Positions 9,162-21,183 of a DNA stretch of 64,000 bases are shown in pieces. The notes under the pieces were generated by a model. The model had not been told where the DNA came from, did not search any database, and saw nothing but the letters and a program-made list of their open reading frames with translations. A program made the translations under genes and the position numbers. Source of the DNA: Vulcanimicrobiota bacterium (lineage in GTDB: Bacteria > Vulcanimicrobiota > Vulcanimicrobiia > Vulcanimicrobiales > Vulcanimicrobiaceae); the NCBI GenBank assembly GCA_963809255.1, contig CAWEIR010000003.1, positions 759,049-823,048 of the forward strand. Reading direction: 5' to 3'. The stretch's first letter is position 1. Each line of letters opens with the position of its first letter.

Positions 9162-9832
9162 AATAGTTGCGTCCGTACCTTTACCGAAGGACGCTCAATC
9201 GGCCCAAGGAGCGCCGCGAAGCGACTCTCCGAAACGGCCCCTTCACGCAGCAGCCGAGGACGCGCGCCCGAAATATCGATGATGGAGGATTCGACGGCGT
9301 AGGGAACGGGCCCGTGCGCGACGAGCAGATCCGCGGCCGGAAGCATCGAGGCATCGTCATCGCCGAGATATGGGGGGCCGCCCGGACGGATTGCCGTCGT
9401 GCCGGCAATCGGTCCGCAACGTTCGAGCAGCGCGCGGGCGAGGGGCTCGTCAGGCACACGGAAAGCGAGCGTGTGCAAACCTGCGGCCAGCTCGTCGCCG
9501 ATAAAGGCCGGTTTGCGAATCAGCACGATCACGGGACCGGGAAGCAGCCGTTTGGCGACGGTCGCCGCCAGCGGATTCTCAAATGCGTATTCGAGAAACT
9601 CCTGGGCCGATGCCACATGCATCGTCAGCGGCCGGCTGTCCGGTCGCCCTTTGGCCGCATAAACCCGATCGATCGCCGCGGAATCGTAAGGATCGCAGCC
9701 GATGAAGTAACTCGTGTCGTTGGGCAAAATGACGGTCCCGCCGGAGAAGACCGCACGTGCAACCTCCTCGGCAACGTCCTCAATCCGCGCGGCCAATGCA
9801 TCGATGACGCGCCCCACGCATTCCAGAGCCAT
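9158..9832 (-). CDS. tsaC: L-threonylcarbamoyladenylate synthase (YrdC/TsaC/Sua5 family)
   Basis: Motifs GGTVILPNDTSYFIGCDP, AAKGRPDSRPLTMHV and LLPGPVIVLIRKP. ATG 9832 avoids overlap with mreB (stop 9888). ATGA overlap with the downstream gene at 9158-9161. Confidence 0.82.
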   Translation of the reverse strand: MALECVGRVIDALAARIEDVAEEVARAVFSGGTVILPNDTSYFIGCDPYDSAAIDRVYAAKGRPDSRPLTMHVASAQEFLEYAFENPLAATVAKRLLPGPVIVLIRKPAFIGDELAAGLHTLAFRVPDEPLARALLERCGPIAGTTAIRPGGPPYLGDDDASMLPAADLLVAHGPVPYAVESSIIDISGARPRLLREGAVSESRFAALLGPIERPSVKVRTQLL

Positions 9833-9887
9833 TCCCTCATCATTCCTCGCCGACCCGAGTCTTCGCTGTGCCACGGGCCGCAGGCGC

Positions 9888-10871
<984 letters not shown>

Positions 10872-10894
10872 CTAACTCCTACTCTAAGAAAGCG

Positions 10895-12244
10895 CTAGCT
10901 CGCCGAAACTCGCGGATATTCGCTCGTTTCAAAGAATCCCGCCGGCTCGACGAGCGGCGTCACGCCGCTGCTGCGCTGCACCTGGCCCCCCAGCTCCGAA
11001 AGCATCTCTTCCAAACGGTCGTAGCCGCGATCGATGTATTCCAGCCCAATGATTTCGGTTTCGCCGGCGGCTGCCAGGGCGGCGATTACAAGACCCGCGC
11101 CGGCGCGAATGTCTGGTGCCTCCACCGGTGCCCCGGAAAGCTGCTTGGGACCTTTGATAATGGCAGCATTACTTTCCATCGTCACTTTGACCTCGGCTCC
11201 CATGCGGGCGAGCTCGTTGACGTACGAAAAGCGAGCGTTGAAGATTGACTCTTCGACGACGCTGGTGCCCGGACAGGTACAGAGAAAGCCAACCATTTGC
11301 GGTTGGAGATCGGTCGGAAAACCCGGATACGGAGCGGTAAGAATGTCCGTACCGCCGGTAATGCCGTCGGCCTTCACCCGGATCCAGTCGTCGCCCGTAA
11401 CGGTGACGACTCCGCATTCCACCAGCTTATCGGTAAGGGCTCGCAGGTGATCCGGCCGGCAACCGGTCACCGTCACGTCGCCGCGAGTTACCGAGCCCGC
11501 CAGCAAAAGCGTGCCGGTCACGACGCGGTCCGGGATGATCTCATACTCGACGCCGTGCAGCTCGCGGACACCCTCGATGGCGATCGTGTCGGTTCCCTGT
11601 CCTGCAATTCGCGCTCCCATCGCGATCAGAAAGTCCGCGAGGTCCACGACTTCGGGTTCCATTGCAACGTTTTTCAACGTCGTCGTTCCATCGGCCAATA
11701 CCGCGGCAAGCATCGCGTTCTTGGTGGCACCTACGCTTGGGATGCGGAACTCGATCGCAGCCCCGGATAACTTGGAACCCCGCGATGCGGCAATGAGATA
11801 GCCGTGCGCGTTATGCACGTCGCATCCCAAAGCCACGAATGCTTGCTCGTGCATGTCCGTCGCGCGCGTACCCAACACGCAACCCCCGGGAAGCGGAACC
11901 TCGGCTCGCCCAAAGCGTCCCAGGAGCGCGCCGACGATGTCGAACGAAGCGGCGAGCTTTCGCACGAGCGCGTACGGCGCGCGATAGGACGCGACGTTGC
12001 TCGCGTCGATCGTCACCGTGTTCTTGTCTTCGTAGCGAAGACGGGCGCCCAAAGCTTCCAGCAACGACCACATCACCGAGACGTCGGTGATGTGCGGCAC
12101 GCGGTGGAGCGTAACCGTGCCTCGTGCCAGCAGAGCTGCGGCCATAATCGGCAGCGCGGCGTTCTTTGCGCCGTGCGTTGCAACCGAACCTTCCAGGCGC
12201 GCGCCGCCCCGTACTCTGAGCGTCGTTTCGAGGCGATCGAGCAT
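10895..12244 (-). CDS. murA: UDP-N-acetylglucosamine 1-carboxyvinyltransferase
   Basis: Motif HGAKNAALPIMAAALL and catalytic Cys loop LPGGCVLGTRATDMH. Length 449 aa. Confidence 0.95.
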   Translation of the reverse strand: MLDRLETTLRVRGGARLEGSVATHGAKNAALPIMAAALLARGTVTLHRVPHITDVSVMWSLLEALGARLRYEDKNTVTIDASNVASYRAPYALVRKLAASFDIVGALLGRFGRAEVPLPGGCVLGTRATDMHEQAFVALGCDVHNAHGYLIAASRGSKLSGAAIEFRIPSVGATKNAMLAAVLADGTTTLKNVAMEPEVVDLADFLIAMGARIAGQGTDTIAIEGVRELHGVEYEIIPDRVVTGTLLLAGSVTRGDVTVTGCRPDHLRALTDKLVECGVVTVTGDDWIRVKADGITGGTDILTAPYPGFPTDLQPQMVGFLCTCPGTSVVEESIFNARFSYVNELARMGAEVKVTMESNAAIIKGPKQLSGAPVEAPDIRAGAGLVIAALAAAGETEIIGLEYIDRGYDRLEEMLSELGGQVQRSSGVTPLVEPAGFFETSEYPRVSAS

Positions 12245-12280
12245 ATGGGAATCTATCGTTCGCGTAGCCTGCTAACTCGC

Positions 12281-14130
<1,850 letters not shown>

Positions 14131-14192
14131 CTTTCTATACGTTCCTTACTAAAAGCGTGCGCGGTTCTAAAGAGGAGATTGAGCGGTCGGCT

Positions 14193-14337
14193 GGAGCGAG
14201 AGGCACACGCCGGTGCTCCGGGGCGTGTGAAGGAGGAGCGAAGCCAGGATGGCGAGAGCGACGACGAACCGAGTAGCTTTTTCGCTGGATGCGAAAAAGC
14301 GAGCGTCCCCGGGGCACCGGCATGTGCCTCTTGCTCC
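14193..14337. repeat. 145-nt structured imperfect palindrome, copy E2 (atpG | atpD spacer)
   Basis: The arms 14193-14218 and 14312-14337 are 23/26 complementary. The core 14219-14311 is 85/93 identical to E1. The inner hairpin lies at 14277-14301. The element starts 6 nt after the atpG stop. Confidence 0.85.
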
Positions 14338-14343
14338 AAGAGA

Positions 14344-15231
14344 TCACTCTACGCCCAGCGCCTCCGCGCCGCCGACGATTTCTAGGAGCTCCTTGGTAAT
14401 TGCGGCTTGGCGGGCGTTGTTCATGGCGATCGTTAGTTCGTCGATCAGCTTTGAGGCGTTGTCGGTGGCGTTGGTCATTGCGACGAGCTGTGCGGCGAAA
14501 AATGCGGCATCGGTTTCGAGCATTGCCGAGTAGAGCGTGAACTCGAGATACTTGGGCAGCAGGCGGGAGAGTACGAACTCCGGGCTTGGAGAAAACTCGA
14601 CGGCGCCGCGAGTGGCGCGGCTCTGCTCCTGGAGGGGGTCGGTACCGGCGAAAGCCTTTAGATCTTCGGCGAGCACGGGCACGAGCTTACGCGTTTCGGG
14701 GCGCTGCGACATCATCGATACGAGCTTCTGCGAGACGACGACGATCTGGGAGATGGTGCCGTGCACGAAGTCGTCGGCTACGCGATTGGCGACCTCGCGC
14801 GCCGTGATAATCTTTGATGCGCCGAGCGGCCAGGTTGGATGTTCCGAGACGCCCATCCGTCGCACGGCATTACGCGCCTTGAGACCAACCGTGTAGTAAC
14901 GAACGCCGCTGCGGCCGCGGGCGAAGCTCTCGGCTGCGTGAATGACGTTGGAGTTGAAGGCGCCGGCTAGCCCCTTATCCGCGCTCATGAGAACGATGCC
15001 GGTGGGCGCGCTCTCGTTCCCCGGTTTCATGAATGGGTGATCGACGGACGAAACCGCCGCCATCAAGTCCGCAAGCATCTCCGCGAGCGCGTCTGCGTAA
15101 GGACGAGCGCGCTTGCGCGCCTCTTCGGCGCGCCGAATCTTTGCCGCGGCGACCTGCTTCATCGCTTTGGTGATCTGTTGAGTATTCTTGAGCGACCGGA
15201 TGCGGTCGCGCAGATCTCGTACCGACGGCAT
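14344..15231 (-). CDS. atpG: F1 ATP synthase subunit gamma
   Basis: 295 aa. N-terminus LRDRIRSLKNTQQITKAMKQVAAAK and C-terminus QAAITKELLEIVGGAEAL are typical of gamma. Confidence 0.93.
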   Translation of the reverse strand: MPSVRDLRDRIRSLKNTQQITKAMKQVAAAKIRRAEEARKRARPYADALAEMLADLMAAVSSVDHPFMKPGNESAPTGIVLMSADKGLAGAFNSNVIHAAESFARGRSGVRYYTVGLKARNAVRRMGVSEHPTWPLGASKIITAREVANRVADDFVHGTISQIVVVSQKLVSMMSQRPETRKLVPVLAEDLKAFAGTDPLQEQSRATRGAVEFSPSPEFVLSRLLPKYLEFTLYSAMLETDAAFFAAQLVAMTNATDNASKLIDELTIAMNNARQAAITKELLEIVGGAEALGVE

Positions 15232-15234
15232 TTC

Positions 15235-16734
15235 CTAGAAGCTCTTGTTGAACTCTGCCAGCGCCGCGTCGAGTTGCTTGCGAGTGTCGTCCGACAGTGC
15301 GCCGCTCTCTGCGATCGATGTAAGAATCTGCGGATGCCCCGCGCGCAAGAAGTCGATCAGACCCGAGGCCCAGCCGGCGAGCCGAACGGTCGGAACGCCG
15401 CCGGCGAACCCGTTGGTCGCGGCATAAATGATCGCGACCTGCTCTTCGGTCGCCTGCGGTTGATACTGCGGCTGCTTGAGCAGCTCGGTGAGCTTCTCGC
15501 CGCGCGCGAGCTGATTTTGCGTTGCCTTATCGAGATCGCTCGAGAGCTTGGCAAACGCGGCGAGGTCCCGATACTGCGCCAGCTCGAGTTTTAGCTGGCC
15601 GGCCACGGATTTCATCGCCTTCGTCTGCGCCGCCCCACCGACTCGCGAAACGGAGAGACCGATATCGACCGCCGGCCGGATTCCTTGGAAGAAGAGCTGC
15701 GGCGTCAAGTAGATTTGACCGTCGGTAATGGAGATGACGTTGGTTGGAATGTACGCGGAAAAGTCGCCGGCCTGCGTCTCGATCACCGGAAGCGCCGTCA
15801 TCGAGCCGCCGCCCATCTCGTCGGAGAGCTTCGCGGCGCGCTCCAGCAGCCGTGAATGCAGATAAAAGACGTCGCCGGGGTACGCCTCACGTCCCGGCGG
15901 CCGGCGCAGCAATAGCGACATCTCGCGGTACGATTGAGCGTGCTTGGTGAGGTCGTCGTAGACGATCAGAACGTCTTTGCCGGCATACATGAACTCCTCG
16001 GCCATCGCGCAACCGGCAAACGGCGCCAGCCAGCGAAGCGCCGCCGCTTCGGAGGGGCTGACGGCGACGATGGTCGTGTAGGCCATCGCACCTTTCTGTT
16101 CGAGAATCTGGGCGAGCGCGGCGACCGTCGAATTCTTCTGTCCAATCGCGACGTAAACGCAGCATACGTCGCGCCCCTTCTGATTGATGATCGCGTCGAT
16201 CGCCATGGCGGTCTTTCCGGTCGAACGATCGCCGATAATGAGCTCGCGCTGTCCCTTTCCAATGGGGATGAGGGCATCGATCACGCGGATTCCGGTCTGT
16301 AACGGCTGCTTGACAGGTTGGCGCTGCACGACGGTGGGCGCGACGTTCTCGATCGTACGGAAACGCGTCGTTGCAATCTCGCCCTTGCCGTCGATGGCCT
16401 GACCCAATGGATTGACGGTCCGGCCGAGCAAAGCATCGCCGACCGGCACGGAGGCGATGCGGCCAGTCCGCCGCACGCTATCGCCCTCTTTGATCTCGGA
16501 ATCGGAGCCCATGATCACGACGCCGACATTGTCCTCTTCGAGGTTCAGCGCGACGCCCTGCAGCCCGTTGGCAAACTCGACCAGCTCCGAGGATCGTACG
16601 CCGCGCAATCCATAAACGCGAGCGAGGTTCGCGCCGACGGAGATGACCGTGCCAATCTCATCTTCTTGAATCTCGGTCTTGAACTGCTCGATCTGCGTTT
16701 TGAGAATACTGGCGATTTCGTCAGCGTTTATCAT
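15235..16734 (-). CDS. atpA: F1 ATP synthase subunit alpha
   Basis: 499 aa. Walker [10 protein letters not shown], plus [42 protein letters not shown]. Confidence 0.96.
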   Translation of the reverse strand: MINADEIASILKTQIEQFKTEIQEDEIGTVISVGANLARVYGLRGVRSSELVEFANGLQGVALNLEEDNVGVVIMGSDSEIKEGDSVRRTGRIASVPVGDALLGRTVNPLGQAIDGKGEIATTRFRTIENVAPTVVQRQPVKQPLQTGIRVIDALIPIGKGQRELIIGDRSTGKTAMAIDAIINQKGRDVCCVYVAIGQKNSTVAALAQILEQKGAMAYTTIVAVSPSEAAALRWLAPFAGCAMAEEFMYAGKDVLIVYDDLTKHAQSYREMSLLLRRPPGREAYPGDVFYLHSRLLERAAKLSDEMGGGSMTALPVIETQAGDFSAYIPTNVISITDGQIYLTPQLFFQGIRPAVDIGLSVSRVGGAAQTKAMKSVAGQLKLELAQYRDLAAFAKLSSDLDKATQNQLARGEKLTELLKQPQYQPQATEEQVAIIYAATNGFAGGVPTVRLAGWASGLIDFLRAGHPQILTSIAESGALSDDTRKQLDAALAEFNKSF

Positions 16735-16749
16735 TCATCAACTTTCTTA

Positions 16750-16912
16750 GGAGCCTGTAGGGTTATGGACATTTTCGGATTCGTCGTCGAGTTTTGTTCG
16801 AAGACGAGGCGCGATGAGGGAGCGGAGCCGTAGCTTCGTGACCGAAGAGCAACGAAGCTTTCGGACAAAAGACGACACGAAGACGGAAATGCGCCATAAC
16901 CCTACAGGCTCC
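16750..16912. repeat. 163-nt near-complete palindrome, copy E3 (atpH | atpA spacer), related central module
   Basis: Perfect 19-bp terminal inverted repeats GGAGCCTGTAGGGTTATGG at 16750-16768 and 16894-16912. The interior is an imperfect palindrome with a central 8-bp hairpin AGCTTCGT/ACGAAGCT (16832-16859). It shares the ordered blocks GATG..GGGAGCG..GAGCCG..TAGCTT with E1/E2. Confidence 0.85.
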
Positions 16913-17453
16913 CAGCCGTTGTGTGGAGTTGGCGGGCGAGAGCATCGAGGCGGCCGGCGACGGTCGCATCGATTAAGCGATCCCCCATCAGGAGGCGCAG
17001 GCCGCCGATGAGATCGGCGTTAACCCGTTGCGTGACTTCGAACTTTTTACCGTAGAGGCGCTCGAGTCTCTCGATTAAATCCCGATATTCGGCTGCGTCG
17101 AGCGCTCTTGCGGACTCCACGGCCAGGGTCTCGGCGCCGCGAGCGGCGCGCTCCAACGCAAGATACTCCTCGACGATCGTGCCGAGCAAAGCCTCGCGAC
17201 GTTTACGCACCAAGAGTAGGAGCGTGTGAAGCGCGACCGGGTCGATTCTCTCTTCAAAGGCCTGCGAAAGAACGCGCTCTTTCACGGGACGGTCGATTAC
17301 CGGCGCGACGAAAAAATCGTGGACTAATCCGTGCCGCCCTATCGCCTCTGCGACGGTCGCTAAATCGACGCCGACGCGCTTGACGACGCCGCGTTCCCGG
17401 GCTACGCCGAGCGCGGCAATTGCGTAGCGGCGCGCCAGCGTGCGGTTAACCAC
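16902..17453 (-). CDS. atpH: F1 ATP synthase subunit delta (OSCP)
   Basis: OSCP-like pattern RRYAIAALGVA...LLLLVRKRR...VNADLIGGLRLLMGDRLIDATV. GTG 17453 follows GAGGGG by 7 nt; the longest ORF starts at TTG 17468. The last codons and the TAG stop lie inside the E3 inverted repeat. Confidence 0.85.
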   Translation of the reverse strand: MVNRTLARRYAIAALGVARERGVVKRVGVDLATVAEAIGRHGLVHDFFVAPVIDRPVKERVLSQAFEERIDPVALHTLLLLVRKRREALLGTIVEEYLALERAARGAETLAVESARALDAAEYRDLIERLERLYGKKFEVTQRVNADLIGGLRLLMGDRLIDATVAGRLDALARQLHTTAGSL

Positions 17454-17949
17454 GGCCGATCCCCTCAAGCGAGCCGACGAAGCGTTCGACCAGGCGCGAA
17501 TCGAGCGCGGGATCGACCCGGCTCGCGGCGTCGCGACGCGCTATTTGCAGCGCCCGCTCCAAAAGTTCATCGCGAAGCCGCAGGCGGGCGGCCGCGCGCG
17601 CACGTTCCAACTCGCCGCCGGCATCGCGCAAGGCGCGTTCGCCAGCTTCGGTGGCATCTTTGAGGATCGTCTCGCGCTCGCGTTGCGCGTGAAGCTCCGC
17701 TCGCTGCTCGATCAGCTCGGCATCGCGTCGCGCGCTATCGATCTCCTCGCGCAAAGCGTCAAGGGCACCTCTCGCCTCGTCGCGGTGCCGCTCCGATTCC
17801 GCGATCTGCGCGTTGCTACGCCCCTGCGCGGCCATAACGACCGGCTGTATCCACTTGTTCCAGATGAAAACGAGCGCGCCGAGAAAGAGAATCGACGAAG
17901 CGACCTGACTCCAGATCGAGATCTCGAGATAAAGCCGTTCTTCGTTCAT
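17446..17949 (-). CDS. atpF: Fo ATP synthase subunit b
   Basis: 167 aa. One N-terminal TM helix followed by a long charged helix. ATGA overlap with the upstream b-prime gene. Confidence 0.85.
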   Translation of the reverse strand: MNEERLYLEISIWSQVASSILFLGALVFIWNKWIQPVVMAAQGRSNAQIAESERHRDEARGALDALREEIDSARRDAELIEQRAELHAQRERETILKDATEAGERALRDAGGELERARAAARLRLRDELLERALQIARRDAASRVDPALDSRLVERFVGSLEGIGRG

Positions 17950-18386
17950 CCCGACGCCTCCGGAATAACTCGATCGAGCATGAAGTTCGCCACTCTCCGC
18001 GCCGCCTCCGATTCGCCGCCTTGGGCTTCATCGAACTCGCGCTGCGCGGTTTGCTGCGCATCCCCGACGACGCTTTGGACTCGTTGCGAGTAGCGCGTCG
18101 CCAACTCCGCCGCCTCGTTGGACGCTCGGGCCCGCGCCGCCGCGACGCTGTGCTCCGCCTTGAGCCGGGCCGAAGCTCGAACTGCCTCGGCCTGCTCGCG
18201 TAGACTCCGCGCCTCCGCTTGGTGCTCGTCGTAATCTGAGACGAGGCTATTAATATACTGACGTCTCCGCCGAATCGCCGACGAGACCGGTCGTAAGAAA
18301 ACTACATTCAAAATCGCGAAAAAGATCACGAAGTTGATCAGCTGTACGACCATGGTCCCTGGCGGCCAGATCGACAAAAACGACAT
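17946..18386 (-). CDS. Fo ATP synthase subunit b-prime (second b-type subunit)
   Basis: 146 aa. TM helix VVQLINFVIFFAILNVVFL then a charged helix. Lies between the c and b genes. Confidence 0.8.
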   Translation of the reverse strand: MSFLSIWPPGTMVVQLINFVIFFAILNVVFLRPVSSAIRRRRQYINSLVSDYDEHQAEARSLREQAEAVRASARLKAEHSVAAARARASNEAAELATRYSQRVQSVVGDAQQTAQREFDEAQGGESEAARRVANFMLDRVIPEASG

Positions 18387-18392
18387 GGGGGC

Positions 18393-18671
18393 CTATTTAA
18401 CCAACGCGGTAATGATTGCCGGAACCTTCGCGACCACGAGGAGGATGTAAAAGGAGAGTGCGATCGCGATAAACGGCACGGCCTCCAACACCCCGACGCC
18501 CAGGAACATGAACAGAAAGATATTGGGCCGCGCTTCGGGCTGGCGAGAGATCGCTTCGACGGCTTTTGCGGCGACGGTTCCGTCACCGACAGCCGACCCA
18601 AACGCCACCCCTGAAATGATGATGCCGAAACAGATCAGTGCTGCGGCTGCGATTAATGCTTCTGGATTCAA
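18393..18671 (-). CDS. atpE: Fo ATP synthase subunit c
   Basis: 92 aa helical hairpin with the RQPEA loop and carboxylate in GVLEAVPFIAI. TTG start with AAGGAA upstream. Confidence 0.92.
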   Translation of the reverse strand: MNPEALIAAAALICFGIIISGVAFGSAVGDGTVAAKAVEAISRQPEARPNIFLFMFLGVGVLEAVPFIAIALSFYILLVVAKVPAIITALVK

Positions 18672-18683
18672 GGACGTTCCTTT

Positions 18684-19415
18684 CTAATGTTCGTCGGCAA
18701 GCGCCAGCGAGAGATAGACGATTGCCAGCAGCGTAAAAACGAAAGCTTGGATCGTTCCAACGAAAAAGTTGAAAAACTGGATCAGGAAAGGCACGACTGC
18801 CACGCCGAATGAGAGATTGAATGCCCCAATGCTGATCCGCGCGAGGATGATTGACGATACGATAATGAAGAGCAACTCCCCGACGAAGATGTTGAAGAAG
18901 AGTCGCGCGGCCAGCGTTACGGGGCGAAGAATTTCGTCCAGAACGTTGATCGGGAAAAGGATGGGGAACGGCTTAAAGACGTGGCCGAGATATCCCACCC
19001 CCTTCTTGCGAAACGCCGCAATTTGAATCATGCAAAAAATGAGGAGCGCCATCGGAACGACGGTGTTGAGATCGGCGGTCGGGGAGCCTCCGAACGGCAG
19101 GCCGAACTCCTTGAGCGGCACGATGCCGAACTGATTGAGCAAGAAAATGAAGAGAAAGAGCGCGACGAAAAACGGAACGAACGGTTCTCCGCCCTCTCCG
19201 AGAACGCTCGTGACAAGATCGGCCATGTAGTTGAAAACGGCTTCCAAGACGGCTTGGCGCTTCGTGACGTAGGGCGACCTATAGCTGGCGCCAATCCACC
19301 CGAAGAAAATCAAAGCGACGATCATGACGAGCCAGGTCGTCACAATAGTGTCGGCATGCACCGGTCCGAGCACCGGAAGCTGCCAAAGGTGATGTTCGCC
19401 GATCTGTTCGTGCAC
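18684..19415 (-). CDS. atpB: Fo ATP synthase subunit a
   Basis: Multi-TM protein with the essential Arg motif LAARLFFNIFVGE. The start is uncertain: GTG 19415 is the first start after the atpI stop at 19430, while the longest ORF reaches 19523. Confidence 0.88.
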   Translation of the reverse strand: MHEQIGEHHLWQLPVLGPVHADTIVTTWLVMIVALIFFGWIGASYRSPYVTKRQAVLEAVFNYMADLVTSVLGEGGEPFVPFFVALFLFIFLLNQFGIVPLKEFGLPFGGSPTADLNTVVPMALLIFCMIQIAAFRKKGVGYLGHVFKPFPILFPINVLDEILRPVTLAARLFFNIFVGELLFIIVSSIILARISIGAFNLSFGVAVVPFLIQFFNFFVGTIQAFVFTLLAIVYLSLALADEH

Positions 19416-19429
19416 TGATGTTTGGTCCG

Positions 19430-19798
19430 TTAAGGCTTCGGTCGAAAGACTCGCAACGCACTCCACGCGTACGCGGCGAGCGGAATAAAGAAACCGGCAA
19501 GAAATGGCCCGAGCGACCACCACGGTCCGCGGGCCGCTAACGCCGCGGCTACTATACTAAAGGCGGCCAGCCGCGGTAAACTACTTAACCCAAAGAAGAC
19601 GGCGCTGCGCGTTTCCACCAGTCGCTCGCTCCCCCGCATTATGGCAAGCATGTTGGTAATCCCGCACGTGGTCCCGATCAAGAGCGCCAGACCGGCATAC
19701 CAAACGAACGGAACCAGCAACAGCGCGACGACCGCAGCAACCGCGAACGATCCGGCAGCCACGCGCCATTTGAGACGGTAGTAAGCCGCAAGAGCCAT
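19430..19798 (-). CDS. atpI: ATP synthase protein I (AtpI)
   Basis: 122 aa with 4 TM segments, immediately upstream of atpB. ATG 19798 is preceded by GGGGAGGA. The 388-aa track ORF is a longest-ORF artefact. Confidence 0.75.
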   Translation of the reverse strand: MALAAYYRLKWRVAAGSFAVAAVVALLLVPFVWYAGLALLIGTTCGITNMLAIMRGSERLVETRSAVFFGLSSLPRLAAFSIVAAALAARGPWWSLGPFLAGFFIPLAAYAWSALRVFRPKP

Positions 19799-19824
19799 AT
19801 CCTCCCCGCCGCCGGTGGAGGGTA

Positions 19825-20013
19825 TCATTCCATGGACTTCGCCAGGAGCCGGAGCGCGGCGTAGCCTCCGACGATCAACCCAAGCGTCAAGCCGGCGGGA
19901 ACAAGCAAAGGTACGCTCAATCGCTGACCCGCGACGACCCCTGCCAGGAGCCCGAGTATCGCCGCGCCGGCAAAACTTCCGCCGGCGAAGAGCACCGGCA
20001 GAACGACCCTCAC
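19825..20013 (-). CDS. AtpZ/AtpI-type small membrane protein (putative F0F1-ATPase-associated subunit)
   Basis: 62 aa with two TM helices (VVLPVLFAGGSFAGAAILGLLAGVV / LTLGLIVGGYAALRLL). GTG 20013 overlaps the restored wecB stop as GTGA. Confidence 0.6.
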   Translation of the reverse strand: MRVVLPVLFAGGSFAGAAILGLLAGVVAGQRLSVPLLVPAGLTLGLIVGGYAALRLLAKSME

Positions 20014-21180
20014 GAGCCTTGCGCGGCGGTCGCTTGCGCTTCGAAGGACTCGGGGTACTCTCCGCCTCGCAGACGCGCCACGAGCCACCGCACGATTCGC
20101 GAGGCCGCCTGGCCGTCGCCGTAGGGATTACGCGCGTGGGCCATCGCCGCGTAGGCTGCGTGATCCTCGAGCAATAGGCGCGCCGCGTCGAACGATACGC
20201 CGGCGGTCGTGACCGACGAGGGCGAGCGTCCCCGCGGCCAGACCCTCCGGGCGTTCGGTCTCCTCGCGCATAACGAGCACCGGTTTGCCGATACACGGCG
20301 CCTCCTCTTGGAGACCGCCCGAATCGGTAAGAATAAAGGCCGATGCTCTCACGGCCGCAACCATCTCGCCGTAATTGATCGGATCGACCAGCACGACCCC
20401 GGGCATCCCCCCGAGGATTTCGCGAGCGATGGGCGCGACGCGCGGCGACGGATGAACCGGCCAGTAGAGCTGGGGCCGCGACGGCAGCTCGGCAATAGCG
20501 CGCAACGCCGCGCAAATCTCCCGCATATGGTCGTGGTTTTCGCGGCGGTGCGCCGTCACGACAATCGCCGGCGCCCGCGAATCGAGCTCGGTCCACCGGG
20601 GAGGGAGGGAAAGATCCTCGCGTGCCGCCGTTTCGAGAAACGCGTCGATGACCGTATTTCCGGTCACGACGACGTCATCGGCCGCGACGTTCTCTTCGAG
20701 CAAGTGTTCCCGAGCCAAGAGGGTCGGGGCGAAATGGTAGGTCGCAAGCGTCGCCGACAGGCGACGATTCATCTCTTCGGGATACGGCAGCCAACGATTG
20801 CTCGTGCGCAGTCCGGCCTCGACGTGGCCTACCGGAATCTGTTGATAGAAGGCCGCGAGCGCCGCGGCCGTGCTCGTCGTCGTATCACCATGAACCAAAA
20901 CGACATCGGGACGCGCCTCGCGTAGCACCGGTTCCATACCGATGAGCACGCGCGTCGTGATCTCCGTCAGGCTTTGATCCTCGGTCATCACGTTGAGATC
21001 GTAGTCGGGTGCGATCGCGAAGAACTCGAGGAGATCGTCGAGCATCTGGCGGTGCTGGGCGGTAACGCAAACGCGCGCAACGATATCCGGATGGGATTGC
21101 AAAGCGCGAACGACGGGGGCCATCTTGATCGTATCCGGGCGTGTCCCGAACACGCTCATCACACGCAACTCGTTGGCCAT
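20010..21180 (-). pseudogene. wecB: UDP-N-acetylglucosamine 2-epimerase (non-hydrolysing), interrupted as assembled by a 1-nt insertion at ~20191-20193
   Basis: ORF 20128..21180 has FGTRPDTIKMAPV and HVEAGLRT but ends aberrantly (...RRIVRRGAPIARGSRS...). The expected C-terminus DAARLLLEDHAAYAAMAHARNPYGDGQAASRIVRWL continues in the next frame to TGA 20010-20012. The span is 1171 nt, i.e. 3n+1. Confidence 0.9.
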
Positions 21181-21183
21181 TGG

